Origin: Octopus vulgaris
Lineage: Eukaryota
Direction: 5' to 3'
NCBI GenBank assembly: GCA_951406725.2
Contig: OX597815.1
Span: 97,154,001 to 97,218,000, forward strand
Length of the DNA: 64,000 nt
Positions 27,270 through 41,985 of this stretch are shown here, in pieces. The notes under the pieces were generated by a model. The model ran no database searches, was not told the origin of the DNA, and was given only the letters and a program-made list of their open reading frames with translations. The position numbers were made by a program, and so were the translations under genes. How positions within the stretch are numbered: the first letter of the stretch is position 1; every line of letters starts with the position of its first letter.

Positions 27270-27482
27270 AAGGCGGCCAGGTGGCAGAAAGATAGCACGT
27301 CGCCGGGCGAAATGCTTAACTGTATTTCGAATGTTATTATGTCTTGAATTCAAATTCCGCCGAGGTCGACTTTGTCCTTCATACTTTCGAAGTCGATAGA
27401 TTAAGTACCAGTTTTGTACGGGGGTCAATCTAATCGACTGACTTCCTCCCCAAAACCTTGCCTTGTGCCTAGAGTAGAAAAT
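27270..27482 (+). mobile_element. SINE (AAGGCGG-headed family)
   Basis: AAGGCGGCCAGGTGGCAGAA...TTCAAATTCCGCCGAGGTCGACTTTG...GTCGATAGATTAAGTACCAG...CCTTGTGCCTAGAGTAGAAA. Confidence 0.8.
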
Positions 27483-27517
27483 ATCTTTTCTCTTTTTCAT
27501 CTAGCTCTCTCCCCCCC

Positions 27518-27565
<48 letters not shown>

Positions 27566-27604
27566 CATTCTTTTAAGGATCATTTCTTAAGTATGTGTCG
27601 AAAT

Positions 27605-27665
<61 letters not shown>

Positions 27666-27669
<4 letters not shown>

Positions 27670-30218
27670 TTGAAGAAAACACATTCTCATTCAACAACAA
27701 GACATACCGACAGATAAAGGACACGGCTATGGGTACAAATATCGCACCTTCATATGCCAACCTGGTGATACATTTCCTTGAGAACAAACTATACGATGAA
27801 ATAGGAAAAGTCTTTGAACTCGACTTCAGAGAAGACATTAAGAAAAGTGGAAACGCTACCTCGATAACTGCTTCATCTTTTGGAAGAGATCAGAAGATTT
27901 ACGAACATTCCACAACATCCGCAAGACAATGCACCCATCTATCAACTTCAAAATAGAAACCAGCCACAACGAACTTCCCTTCCTAGACATCAACATCAAG
28001 GTACAGAACTCCATCATCACAACAAACATCCACTTCAAAAAAACCGACACACACCAATATTTAAATTTCTACTCCTTCCACCCATCCCACATAAACAGAA
28101 ACATCCCATATAGCATGGCAAGACGCATATGCAGCACAGTAACTGACTCACAAACACGCCAAATAAGACTAGATGAACTTAAAAACTTCATACAAGAACA
28201 AGAATACCCCCTTAAACTATTAAAAATGGAATCTCAAGAGCAATGAAACTGGACAACACACAACTCAGAACCTCAAAAACGAAAAATAAAGAAAACATTA
28301 TCTCTTTCATTAACACACACAACCCCGGAGTTACCAACATGTTCAAATCATACATTCAAACCTACCAATAGTCGTACAAATAGTCCTCCAAAATGGAAAA
28401 CATAGTACACAAATATTGCATAAAAAACTGTAGACGACAAGACAAAAACCTGAAGAAACAACTAACAAGAGCGAAATTCTCATCAGAAACAGAAACTGCA
28501 TTATTTGTAAAAGAGTGCGGAGATGGTAGATGTAGGATCTGCAGTAACCCCACCTAGAAATATATAGAGGGAGACAAACAAATGAAAATAAAGAGTGGTC
28601 ACATATTCAAAGTAAATGCAGATATGAACTGCAAGACGTAGAACGTAATATACCGCATAACCTGCCCCACATGCAAGGAGGATTATATAGGTGAAACTGG
28701 AAATTATTTATGCCAACGAACCAGAATTCACCGACAACATGTTCGACAGGAGGAAGTGTGCAAGATACCACTGAGTAAACACCTAGACATATGTGGAGAA
28801 GGAAAATTTAAGATCATTCCCTTCTACAAATGTCCAAAGAATGACACCTCCTTCAGGAGGAATATGGAAAAATACTTCATAACTAAGGTCTCCCCCAAAT
28901 TGAATGGTTGCAAATACTTCTATAAGTTGTACTCGATGAAGGACCAAATTTGTAAAGTAAACTGTATTAAACGCACACACACAGTACTATACATATGTAC
29001 ATGTACTTAAATAAAAACAATCTTTAATCCAGATTCTCCACCCATGTGAGCAGAGGAATCAAACATTGGATTGAAAGAACTGAGCACAATTATTTCTTCT
29101 TCCCCTTTTCCTTCTTTCTTCCCTTCTCCAGTGACACCCTTCCAAATTCACAGGCACCCCCCACACACGCACATACACACACAAACAACAACACACTCTC
29201 ACAAAACAATCATAAAAAGAAAACCAGACAATTTTTTGAGAAGGTGACATTATACCCTCCTTGATGTGGCAAAATTCTAAAAGACAAAAATCATTTACAG
29301 TTGCAAAAATATAAACACTTTTTGTCTTTTTCTTTTTCTTTTCCCCCATTTAATACTTCTTTCAGATACACAGACACCCTCATACAAACACGCACACACA
29401 CACACACACACACTCTCACAAGACAATTATAAAAAGGAAATGCAGACAATTTTTAAAAAATTTACTTTTTGCCCCATCCCCAGCTACTTTGACCATTGCT
29501 AAAAGCCAAGGACTGATTGTTATTAATAATTTGACCAGCTATAAAGAAACCAACAAACATTTGTTTTTCTTCTTTCTCTCACTTTTCCTGTTTAACACAT
29601 CTTTCACATACGAGACACACACACACATACACACACACTCAATCGCGTGCACATACATACACACACCTACTTTATCACAGGACAATGATAAAAACAGAAT
29701 ACAAACAATTTTTTGAAAAGTGCCATTTTGCCCCTCTTGGAGTAAACAGTCGATTATTATTGCCAACCTGACCAGCTGCAAAGAGATCAACATTTTTTTT
29801 CTTCTTTCTCTCCCTTTTCCTCCTTTCCCTCTTTTTCTTTAACACTACTTTCCGATACTAAACACACTCACACACATACACACACACACTCACATACACA
29901 CGCACACACACAAGCACATACACACATGGTCTCTCTCACTTTCTTCCCATTCATCACCCCCCTGTACTATCTCATATCCCTCCCTACCACTACACACTCA
30001 ATAACACTATAAAAAGGGTCACAATTCCTACAAGAACTTAGTTCAATTTGACAACTCCACTAGAATGGACGAATGCGCTAATATATGATATATGATGTAT
30101 GATGTATAAAAACATGTAATATACAAATAAATATCTGTAAATATAAAACCATTCGAATTTCTGAGTACCTCATTTCTTCTAATATAAAACACCTGTACAT
30201 CATCTCCAAACCTTCTAA
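27666..30218 (+). mobile_element. 5'-truncated Penelope-like retroelement (Neptune-type), decayed RT + GIY-YIG to ~28910, then a long 3' region
   Basis: [33 protein letters not shown]; WKRYLDNCFIFW; HPSINF..ELPFLDI..KKTDTHQYLNFYSFHP..IPYSMARRI; Cys linker ECGDGRCRIC; NVIYRITCPTCKEDYIGETG..HRQH; IIPFYK..EKYFITKVSPKLN. Several frameshifts and stops. Starts flush at (TA)n. Confidence 0.92.
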
Positions 30219-30261
30219 TACACACACATACACACACCCACACCTACACACACATACACAT

Positions 30262-30306
<45 letters not shown>

Positions 30307-30311
30307 CTATT

Positions 30312-30385
<74 letters not shown>

Positions 30386-33300
30386 CATACATACATAAAT
30401 CCATATACACTTAACACAGGACACATATACACATACTGAAAAGAGAATGCTAAAAAATGAATTTAAAAATATATAAACGAGTAATAAAACAATTATATAA
30501 AGACAGGTAGAAAAAGTGTAATAAACAAACTCATATATAGACACAAAAACACAAGCTAAGCATATAGTCAAGCGCACATACACGCAAAGATAGATAGATT
30601 GATAGATAGAGAGATAGAAAGAAATAGAGAGAGAGCGAGAGAGATGCAGACACATATGTAGATAAGAATACACACCACAAACAAATATGACATATGAATA
30701 TTTTCACGTTGCTCTGGTGTGTGTATCTTTGATTCATGCATGCTGTTATATACAGCTAAATTAGTGGTATATTTATATGCTGAAGAACTAATTATTAATT
30801 GTTCTTGTTCGTGCTTTATGAATAAATTTGAAACCTTTATTGATGCAAATCATATTTTATGTATTATATCACGGTGTATGTTTTGCTTTCAAACCGAATA
30901 ATAGTCATTTTACAGGGAAGAACAGATATGTATTAAATTTGAAGTGAATGGAAAAAATGGACGTATGATAAAATAGAGCAAAGAAATATTAAGAAATTTT
31001 ACACCGTATTAAAACCATGTATTTTAATTATATTACGCCACAAAAGATTTTGAAAAATGCAGTCTTCTACTTTTATAGCTGTACATATATAATAACACTA
31101 TTAAAAACAAAATGAGGCTACTGAGAAATATTTTACTAAGAAGTAGGTTTTAAGTCGGTAGTGAAATCAATATATCCGAAATTATCCGTGATAATTTTCA
31201 GTTCTCAAGTATATCAGCGAAATTGTATCAAAACTTAAGGAGTAAATAACAAGAGCTAACGGGAAAATTGCAAGAAGCACAATAACATCATATGCAAAAT
31301 GCTACCACGGTGAAAGTGTAATTGAAATTTTGTAAACTCGATAATGCTCCAGAAATAACATCATTTAAAATAACATTTAAATGAAAAACACTACTTAATT
31401 AATATATTTAAGATTATGAAAAGAAAATGAATTTAGTAAACAAGCAATTCTAAATTTTAAGCACTGGTTCTAAAACACTATGCAAATGGTTTACATAATT
31501 AACTATTCTATATATTTTGTGATCAATTACATTGTGCTAATAGTTCTTGAGGCATATTTTTTCTAATATTTAAATATGTTCGCTTTTTGGTTTAGTATGT
31601 TGTGGATGATTGAATTACTTCAGTTTTGAATATTGTGTCGATTGTTTGTTTCCTTTCAAAGAAAATGTGCACCGTCACGATCACGATTTTGATTAGCTAT
31701 GATTTTATAATATTTTAATCCACTCCTCGTTTCGTTTGATGCTTTACTGATTTAGCAATCTTTTAAAACTGCAATTTCATTTCCATTAAAGAATGCGTTC
31801 CATTGTCAGCATGTAGAGAAATTATTATTGTACAAAAATCGTGTTTTGTCCTTAGGATTGAAGATTTTACTTTCGAATTGTCAGTTTACTAGTTTCGTTA
31901 CATTCACTTACCGTTTAATTCATTATTTTAGTACTATGTTTCATTTAAGTTTTCCACTAAATGATATTAAGTTTTAATCACGAATCCAATTTACACTATT
32001 CCAATTACATTTTCACCGTTGTAGGGTTTTGCACCTGACGCTATTTTGCCTCTGCAAATTTTCATATTGGCTCCTGTTATTTTCTTATTAAGTTTCGCTA
32101 TAATTACTTCGTCGTACATGAGAACAGAAAATTCTCAGGTGGCCATTTAGAAAATATTGATTCGATTGCTGTTAGTTGAGCGTAACCTCTTTGTAAAATA
32201 TTTATCTTTAAGATTCTTGTGATTTCTAATAATGACATTAGATGTAAGCTACTATAAAATAGGAAGACTGCATTGTATTTCACGTAATTTGGAACTTCGT
32301 ATTTCAAGCAATTAAAATGCGTAGATTTGACACATCGTATAATTATGGTCATTGAAAAGATAAGCGCTAGTTGTCTATTGCCAATATGTGTATGAGGAAA
32401 CTAACTAGAAAAGAAAACTACTGTTCTATTTGTATGAAATCTGTCTTGGTTTCAGCTGTTTTATTTCTTTGTAATTTCAGTGTAGTAAACGAGAAATGAT
32501 GCTAATTTTAGATTAGACATTTTAAAATAATTTCATGGATAACCACAAAATAACAAAGAATGCAACTCAATTCTGATTGGAGGGACTTCTAAAATTAGGT
32601 GCTACTCTAATTTTACATATATGGTACATATTACTAGAAATTCGAAGAACGAATAACCATTTAGTGAACGAGTATGTGATTAATTTTCTTTTATTTAAGG
32701 AATCCATATGAAGTTTTAAGCAGGTGATTATATGTACGAAGCGAAAACATAATCAGCTCTTCGGAGAAATTCCACTCAATTTCCCTTTACAAAAATTCGG
32801 GCACCATTGGACAATCACACCGACTCCATGATAAAGATCAATGCAACTCACATTAGCAGGGAATCCAAAAGAATGAGGTTTCGTAAAGAAGTATCAAATA
32901 TACTTATTCATGCGCTTAAATCGATGTTTTTCTAAACGCGTACATTTCTTGCTTGCTTAAATGGGAATATATATATTTGTGTGTGCGTGTGCGTACGTGT
33001 TTACACCACCCATACCCACAAACACACTCACACACACCTCATATATATATGTATGTATATGTATGTATGAATTCACTAGAAGAAGTAAGATATTTTTACA
33101 TTTCCTATGATTGATGTTGTTAAATCGGGATATCTGTACAGTTATATTTTTTATATAAATAATTTTTTTCTTTGGTTGTATGTGAAATACTTAGCGTTTT
33201 TCTTTTCTTTTTTCAATAGTTGTTTACAATTCAAAACAAAATCCGTTTCATATTCTTTAATCATTAATATATTCCGCAATATCTTATGCAATATTTTCTA

Positions 33301-34138
33301 TGCCAAAATAATCCAAATCTTTAACCCATTTCTAAATGTTGTGAATATCAACATTACCAATTATAGTTCATATTGATCGATCAAATTGCCTTCAGCTTCG
33401 GCAAACATGCGTATGATTGTATGCAATTCTTTCTCTACTTATGATATTCCCCAGGAAGTCTATACATCTGTATGAATAAATACATATATGCTTGTGTTTA
33501 CCTGTGCTTGAGGATTGCAATGTATTTCTATGCTCATATTTCTACAATACATATATTATTTAATCGATCTATATATGTATATTATCTATGTATGTGTGTG
33601 TGTTTCTATGAAGATATATGTAAGTGTGCATGTATCTGCATATATATATATATATATTTTAATAACGAGTATGAAGACTTGATCATCCACAAGATTTATT
33701 TTATTGTTACAAACAGAATATTGTAATGAAGATCAATGCAGCTCATACTAGCTGTGACCCCAAAAGAATGAAGTAGCGTATCGAAATATCAACTATAAAA
33801 AAATATCATCGCTCACTCATTATAATCTGCTGCATAAAACCATAAAATAAATTTTGTGGATGAACAAGTTTCCATACTCTTTATTACACCAGACAGTTAT
33901 TGCCATCCACTGAAGAGTACAGGGAATTATCCATCGAAAGAATTCACTGACTGACTAAGAATTATATGTAGACACAGATGAAAAATACTGAGCGGTGTCT
34001 TTAGCCATTAACTGGATCTTAACTGAAATCTAGGACGGTGTCCGTCTTGATAATATATCTGGCCAAATTCATTTTGATGAATATATATATATATGTTTGT
34101 ATGTATATACATATATGTATATATATATACATATATAC

Positions 34139-34228
<90 letters not shown>

Positions 34229-35470
34229 ATTTGTGTTTGAGGTGTATGTCTACTTACTTAGGTAAGGAAATAAATGGATTCACACAAACATAATCCAAAC
34301 CTTGGCATTACGAATATTTGTGAAATTATTTCACGTTTGAAACGAATGTTCAGATAAAAATTACGCAGATGTTTCAATACAACTGCCATTTACTTTTAAT
34401 TTTATCACGGGAAAAGATAAAAAACTTTTCTTTGCTTTAGCTTGAAGCTCAAAATAACCAGTTGGGAAACATACGCCATGCAGAAAATTATCTTCGATAC
34501 AAACAATGTATATAGTCTTGTGAAAGCTCATTCACCGTATTCAATGTAATGGAAACCATATTTAACATGCATGTATAAATACGAGTTTCATTGTTTGAAA
34601 CTATATAGCTTTCAGATTTTTGGCATTAAATGGGTAGAACTACGACTATGTTGTCTAGGAATATTGTGTCGATATATATATATGTACATAGATACTAGAT
34701 AATATGGAATATTTGCTTCATTTCTCTAAAACTAAATGGATTAATTCAGGTTTTTATACAAACGATCGTAATTACAAACAAAGCATTGCAAGGGACCAGT
34801 ACGCATCAAAAACATCCGAATCGAATCTAATCAATAATATTTTTGTTTATTTCACATACGTAAATTTATTCCATTGAAAAGCATCATCGAGTAACTCTGT
34901 TGCCACACCTTTTAAGCTGATATCCTACAGGCAATATAATTATCAAGATGTTTGAAAAAACTTAGAATTTTATGAATGATATTGATATTATTCTTAACAA
35001 CGTGAACGTTTTGTAATGTGAATATATTTCGTTTATCAGTTCTTTCGCCAATTCATTGTGTATCTTGCGACACTCCATAAGTACACATTTTACATTGTGT
35101 GAATTCGCGTAAGGTAGTAAGAATATGTCACTCCTTCAGACAGATGTATAAAAAGAAGTACAAAAGTATATCGTATTGTGGGGAGAAGAATTACAATTAA
35201 ATTGTGCGCCATATTATATTTGAGAGGTCTGCACCGAGAAATATGGCAACACATTCTATTACTACTAAAAAATCAATGGATAATTTCATATAACTTCACT
35301 TTAGGAATATTCCAAGTACACTATATAAAAGTTTAATAAAGATAATATTTCTGATTAATAATCTCAGATGTAATCATTCGTCTTCAGAAACATTGTAAAA
35401 GAAAGCATCAACTAACAATATGTATGCATACTCAAACACCCGCACATATATACATAGGAACTTACACATA

Positions 35471-35573
<103 letters not shown>

Positions 35574-35726
35574 ATCTATATATACAGGGTGAAAAAATTG
35601 AGTGCGTGCGCTACATAAATAGTATATTAAGGATTAAATAAAAATGCAAATGGAACATATGACAAACCGCTATGTATATATATGCATATGTACACATACA
35701 TATATATTAATATATATATACATATG

Positions 35727-35769
<43 letters not shown>

Positions 35770-35923
35770 GAAAAACGTGTCGAAAATAAACATACGGACA
35801 TATACTATATACACAGCCGAACGGAAATCATAGGTCGCCAAATCTACTTCAGTTCATCAGTCAGTGTGTCGAGGGAAAGGTCAGCCATTATCGATAATAT
35901 TGCTTACACTTTGGAGGCACAAG

Positions 35924-35976
<53 letters not shown>

Positions 35977-36944
35977 TCATATTCACTGAAACACATTTCT
36001 TATTCAAAATCGTATTCATATCCTTCATAGCCACTTTGCCACAAAGTACGCGGATGGAATAAATATATCCAAAAATACACAGAACCCACTTTCGCACTCA
36101 AATGCAACATACACACAAACACACGCACACCTCCCACACGCTTATATAATAAATTACTAATTAAAAGCACCACTACTAAAGTAAACATTATTAGTCACAC
36201 GTACACAATATATATTATGTTTATTCACCCTATTTGCTTCCCAATAGCGCTTAAGGAAAACTCACTATTTATGCTAGATGCCATGCATCCAAGTGAGGTT
36301 GTATCCGTGGTGAGTTCTCTCGCCTGATCTATGACACGCGTATAAAATACAAAGAAAGATCAAATTATATTCTTTAACGTATTATTCGAAAATACGACCA
36401 AATAATATTTTAAACAAAAATTTTAAATCATTTCTCGCTGAATTTCGATGGTGCTTCATGTCCCATTTTGTGTTCACAAATTGCTGGGATTTTTACTGAA
36501 TACGATTACAAACTCCAATTATTGCACGAACAAGAATTTATTCTGTTTGTAAACATACACATGAACACATTGTTTTTCGACTTTTTTCTATGTCTACTTG
36601 ATTCTTTTGAGAGGCATCTGTGTGCCATTAATATTTGTACATATTCAACTATGGATTAGTGAGCATTTCATGCCACTAGCTGCCAAACAGTTACCAGTGT
36701 CTTTTAATTTCTGGATTGAGCTTTATTCTTTCAAAGCAGGTGATTGAACTCAATATATAACAATTCTGCTATGTGCTTTCGCTTATATGATATGGCCTAA
36801 AATCAACACATAGAATAATACTCTCATGAAGAGAATCCATCTGAGAACATCTAAAATCCTACAGCAAGTGATGAGTGAACATTCTCGCTTGTACACGAAA
36901 CCGCATACACGCATGCGCACACATACAGAAGGAAACACACACAC

Positions 36945-37188
<244 letters not shown>

Positions 37189-37320
37189 TAATAAAAAGAA
37201 TTCCAACCTTGTCTGATTTTCACGTTTTATTTACAATCTTATAATGATATATTATAAGATAATATATTATAATTGAATAAAATAAAATGAAATAGTAGAA
37301 TGTTAAATGTTCATTCTGAT

Positions 37321-37365
37321 TGAACTAGTACTTTCATGCATTGAATTCTGCAATCTTCGGGTTCA
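37321..37365 (-). ncRNA. Minimal hammerhead ribozyme motif (CCGAAGA core variant) in the PLE pseudo-LTR
   Basis: Minus strand reads tgaac-CCGAAGA-t-tgca[gaattcaa]tgca-t-GAAA-gtac-TA-gttca. Perfect 5-bp stem I, stem II, palindromic GTAC stem III. Confidence 0.75.
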
Positions 37366-37859
37366 TGTAGTAGTGTTGACAGTCATGCTTCACAATTTTT
37401 GACTGTGGCAAGATGATTGATTGTGTGTAATAAATACAGCTGGGTAGGCTCCAGAGTGCTAGGTTTTGCAAACTCTATTCTGACCAATCAGTGTGTAGTA
37501 TCACTCAATTACTTAAGCTGATTGGTTGGTTGAGCTGATTGATTTAGGCATCACGCTTTGTTGGACATGTCAAGAGTCCTGTATTTTGACCCTGGCCGAA
37601 GCAGCAATTGTTGGGTTATTTTTAGAAATGTTGTAAATATCCTTTGTCAGAGATTTTTATATTTTTATATTTCAATTGTCATCATCATCATTGTTAGCAC
37701 CTTAATTATTGTTGCTAGTGGTGATGGTGGTGGCAATAAAACTTTTAACCCTAAATAAGATAATTTTCCTGCTATCTTCATCTTGATCACCTTTAGTATT
37801 GTTGTTGTTGTTAGTGGTCATGGTCGTAGCAGTGGAAGTAATACCTCTAAGTATTATTA

Positions 37860-39272
37860 TTATTGCTTATTTAGCTTGGGTTCGAATTTATCAATAAAAT
37901 TATTTTCTCTGATTCTCCTCTCGATTTCACTTGGGCTGTGTAATTTGTAGAACGGAAATATTATATACATTTTCCGGCCACATGTTGCTAGGTGGTTACT
38001 CAAAGGTATCTGACGGACGTCTGGGTCTCTAATCTGTTGCCGGTGTACACGTGAGCGTTCTAATAGTGCGTTTCCCGTCTGACCTACATATATTTCTTCA
38101 CAATTTGGGCATTTGATGCAGTAAATTAAATTTCTGCTTTTGCAGTTCATATTCGCGTTTGTGAATATTTTCCCGGTTTTTGTGTTTATATATTGACCGG
38201 TATGTATGAATTGGCATGTGCCACATCGGCTATCATTGCATTTAGATACCGTGAATGTTTGGTCTTTGTTGCTGAGGTCAAATTTTGCCTTTGTTAGTAA
38301 TGTTTTCAAGTTTTTAGGCTGTCTTTTACTAAGCACCATAGCTCGATCCGTGATTATGTCTTTTAATTCATTACTTTGGGCAATGATTGGTAGGTTTGCT
38401 TTGGCAATGTTGAAGATATTCTGGTGACATGGGTTGTGTGTCACTATGAATGGTATGACTTGTTCTTGTTTTCCTCTTCCTTGGGTTGTCCTAAGTTGTT
38501 GTATGGGTATTTTTATAGCCCGCTGTATGCCATTTTCTATAAGTAGAGATGGATATTTTTGTTTGAGCAAAAATTCTCTTAGTTCTATTAGGCGTTTGTT
38601 CCTGATATTTGCATCTTCTACAATGGTACAAATTCTTCTGGCTAGGCAGTATGGGATGTTACGTTTTGTATGTGGTGGATGGCACGACTTAAAATTTAGG
38701 TATTGATGTGTGTCTGTGTGTTTATAGTATATATCTGTGGTGATGGTGGTGTCTTTTTTAATTACCATTATATCCAGGAATGGTAATTTGGTACTACTCA
38801 TCTCCTTTGTAAATTGGAGAGATGGGTGTAGGTTGTTCAGGAGGATATTGAACTCTTCCAGAGTATTTAGAGATTCTGTCCAGATTATGAAGCAGTCGTC
38901 TAGGTATCTCTTTCATGCCTTTTCAATATATTTTCTAAATCCAGTGCCATAGTTTACCTCCACCTCTTCGTAGAGTTGTTGTTCTAAGTATCCCATTACA
39001 GAGTTGGCGTAAACGGGAGCAAACCTCGTTCCCATCGCCGTGCCTCTAATTTGGATGTAATTCTTTCCATTGAAGAAGAATGTGTTATTTTCTAGAATAA
39101 GTTTGACTGTGTCTAATATAAATGGCACTGTGAATCTGCTGGGAATCACTTCTCTGTTTTACTAACCAGTATTTAATCGCCTTTATTCCTAAATCGTGTG
39201 GAATATTGGTGTAGAGGCTTACCACATCAAACCTTAGTAAAACTGAATTTGTTTCTGTTGTTTTGGGAAGAC
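37860..39272 (-). pseudogene. PLE polyprotein remnant: reverse transcriptase + Cys-rich linker + GIY-YIG endonuclease
   Basis: [12 protein letters not shown]; GTAMGTRFAPVYAN; *KRYLDDCFIIW; LPFLD; KCNDSRCGTC; NCKSRNLIYCIKCPNCEEIYVGQTG..HRQQI; ENNFIDKFEPKLN. One frameshift near 39150 and one TGA at 38913-38915. Confidence 0.95.
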
Positions 39273-39422
<150 letters not shown>

Positions 39423-41333
39423 GCATTGACGGACGCATACACATTACATTCAATATGCATTACACAGATGTATAATACATATACATCTCACGATGTATAT
39501 TAATATTTCTAACATCATTCAAAATGGCAAGATACAAATTCGCACATATTGAAGAAATTAGGCATTGTGTTAAATTATTTTACATAATAAACTTAGCCAG
39601 AACGTGAAACACTCCTCCTCATCCTTCACAGAAATTCAGACAGGAACATTTATATATTGCATGACATTACTTTAAAAAGATCATTCAAGAAGCATTTAAC
39701 TCATCTTTAAGATTGCTACCTTGCTATTTATATTCTATGTAGCATCAACAATAAGTCTACTTATGTACATACATGTTTATGTGTGTATATGTGTGAGATA
39801 TGTGACCGTGTACATGTCAATGAGTGAGTGAATAGTGGAATTTTTTTCTTTAGTCATTTCCTGTTTTATTGAATTGTTTCGTTAATAACTTCTTTCACAT
39901 GGATCTCTCCATTATTTCGCTATACACTTTGAGATAATCACTCAAAACTATGGTAAAACCATTAAAAATTGTTCTGATGTCACAACATATTGTTTCAAAA
40001 ACGCTGAGCTGTGGCATTTATTGTAAGGAATACTATAACAGAATGTTTTTATTGCTAAATTTACATTAATATTGTACTGTTTATCATCTCTTCTCTTATC
40101 ACAATTTTATGAATTATGAAATATGCTAAAATTTACTCCCAGTGAAATCAATAATCTTTAAGAATGGCATTGATAGATAATAAAATAATTTCTCATGAAT
40201 AAATCATTTCTATTAAACATTAAATCGAGATATTAATTCTATTGTCTAGATTGAGGGAACGCGAGCAGAAAGAGTTCGTCTTGTGGCAGTGTATACATGT
40301 TTACGTCTATTTTATTGTCACAGATATTGATAATTTCAACTTCAGTCCATGCTTAGGTATATTATCCTCTTTGCTATTATACCTGGTTTTAAAACTTTTA
40401 ACACTATCATTAAAATATAGTGCATTCGGCTGCTGTAATATTATTACACAAGAAGAGTGGTAACGCTTGCAAAATTTAAATGTATTATGCACAAAAGAAG
40501 CAGTTATTGTGCTGCTTAATATGTTCTACATAAAAGTTGACTGTTTCAATTGTCAAAATGAAATATTGAATGAATATCGCTAAGCAGGTTGCTGCACCAT
40601 TACGCAGGAGGAGACATAGAGGAAAAGAGAGATAGAGCGAGAGAGAGTAAGAGATGGAGAGAATGGCCGAGTAATTTCAATATTATCTATTCATGATAAT
40701 GATTCTGCAGCTACGTCTCTAATGTTGAATCGTCGAGGGAACCTAAATGTTCGCTTCACTTGCTAGAAATAGTAGCGAAGTCGCACTCAAATTTCACCAT
40801 AAAACGTTATTGGATAATATAATCATACATTTACTATGTCTGAATAGTAAAAACGGAAGGTCGTCACGATTAATTTTGAAAATAGTGGTGTTTCAAAAAC
40901 TAGAAACGTGCAAAGAGTTGCTTCATAACAAAAATCAAGATAAAACAAGTTGTTTTTAAGCTGCATTTCACTTCAGTTTACAATTAACCCACTTGGTTAC
41001 AAAATGTATAGCTACAAAATAATTAGTTTACATGCACGCGAGTTTTCGGGCAGGCAGAAGCAATAGTTTTTCGTGTGAACGGGTTTTGTTTGATATAGTT
41101 AGAGAATTATTTCGTATTCCAACATAACACAAATGTACTGGGTTATATAATGTCCACCTCTAAATTTATAAAATAAAACAAATTAAAAACGTATAACGTA
41201 CAGCTTATTCTTATTATCAAGGAGCATGTGCAGCTAGCTATGATTATTTACCTCTGTTTCTGTCGATATTTTGACAATATTTACGCACTAGTAGCTGTTT
41301 ACTGATTCGCTTTACTAAAGTTATTAGCGTAGA

Positions 41334-41334
<1 letters not shown>

Positions 41335-41424
<90 letters not shown>

Positions 41425-41473
41425 GTTATTATTATTATTATCATCATCATCCTCACTATCATCATAATTATTA

Positions 41474-41510
<37 letters not shown>

Positions 41511-41518
41511 CATCATCA

Positions 41519-41585
<67 letters not shown>

Positions 41586-41592
41586 TATTATT
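41335..41592. repeat. (ATT)n/(ATC)n trinucleotide microsatellite
   Basis: Direct inspection. Confidence 0.97.
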
Positions 41593-41595
41593 TTC

Positions 41596-41985
41596 TCATG
41601 ATCACAGGTTTGTGGAAGCTTCTGGAGTCTTCCATGCGTAGAGGGCTTTTTATTTGCAGCTTACAGTACAATGCTATTCGTTCTTTTCAGTTGTCTAATG
41701 CTTTCCTGATTATTCTTGCCATGCCAAGGAGGCATAACTTTTGTAACAGTTCTACAGGGCACTCTATTCCAATTTCCTTTATATTCCTCTTAATGCCTTC
41801 TGGCACTGTTCCCAAGGAGCCAACAATAGTTGGCACTATCTTCACCTTCTTCATTTTCCATAGTCGGGCTATTTCGTAATTAAGAGGGTTGTATCTATCT
41901 ATCTTTTCGTCTTCCTTCTTGACAATTCGTGGATGAAAGGAACATGCAATATCAACTATATAGCTAGTGTGGTGCTTTTATTTTT
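41596..41985 (-). mobile_element. 3' fragment of a restriction-like-endonuclease non-LTR retrotransposon (R4/Dong-like)
   Basis: Minus strand 41963-41687 reads YIVDIAC/PFHPRIVKKEDEKIDRYNPLNYEIARLWKMKKVKIVPTIVGSLGTVPEGIKRNIKEIGIECPVELLQKLCLLGMARIIRKALDN*. This fits the REL C-terminal pattern (D..C P.....K..EK..RY..L...P.IVG.LG). A ~90-bp 3' UTR runs into (TAA)n. Confidence 0.8.

Larger units (their letters stand above)
37189..39272 (-). mobile_element. 5'-truncated Penelope-like retroelement (Neptune-type) with pseudo-LTR, bounded by (TA)n on both sides
   Basis: RT + GIY-YIG coding region at 37860-39272 followed by a ~670-bp 3' region with CCAAT motifs (~37484, ~37520) and an HHR. Confidence 0.93.

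Noticed and set aside
35765-35925. TA-bounded insert with minus-strand CTGATGA
   Set aside because: A possible stem I exists but there is no GAAA box or stem II. It may be a pseudo-LTR remnant but cannot be called an HHR.
38913-38915. In-frame TGA in the PLE RT as possible selenocysteine or readthrough
   Set aside because: It aligns to the Trp of WKRYLD in the 27.8-kb copy (TGG), so it is a simple TGG-to-TGA nonsense mutation. A frameshift nearby also marks the copy as dead.
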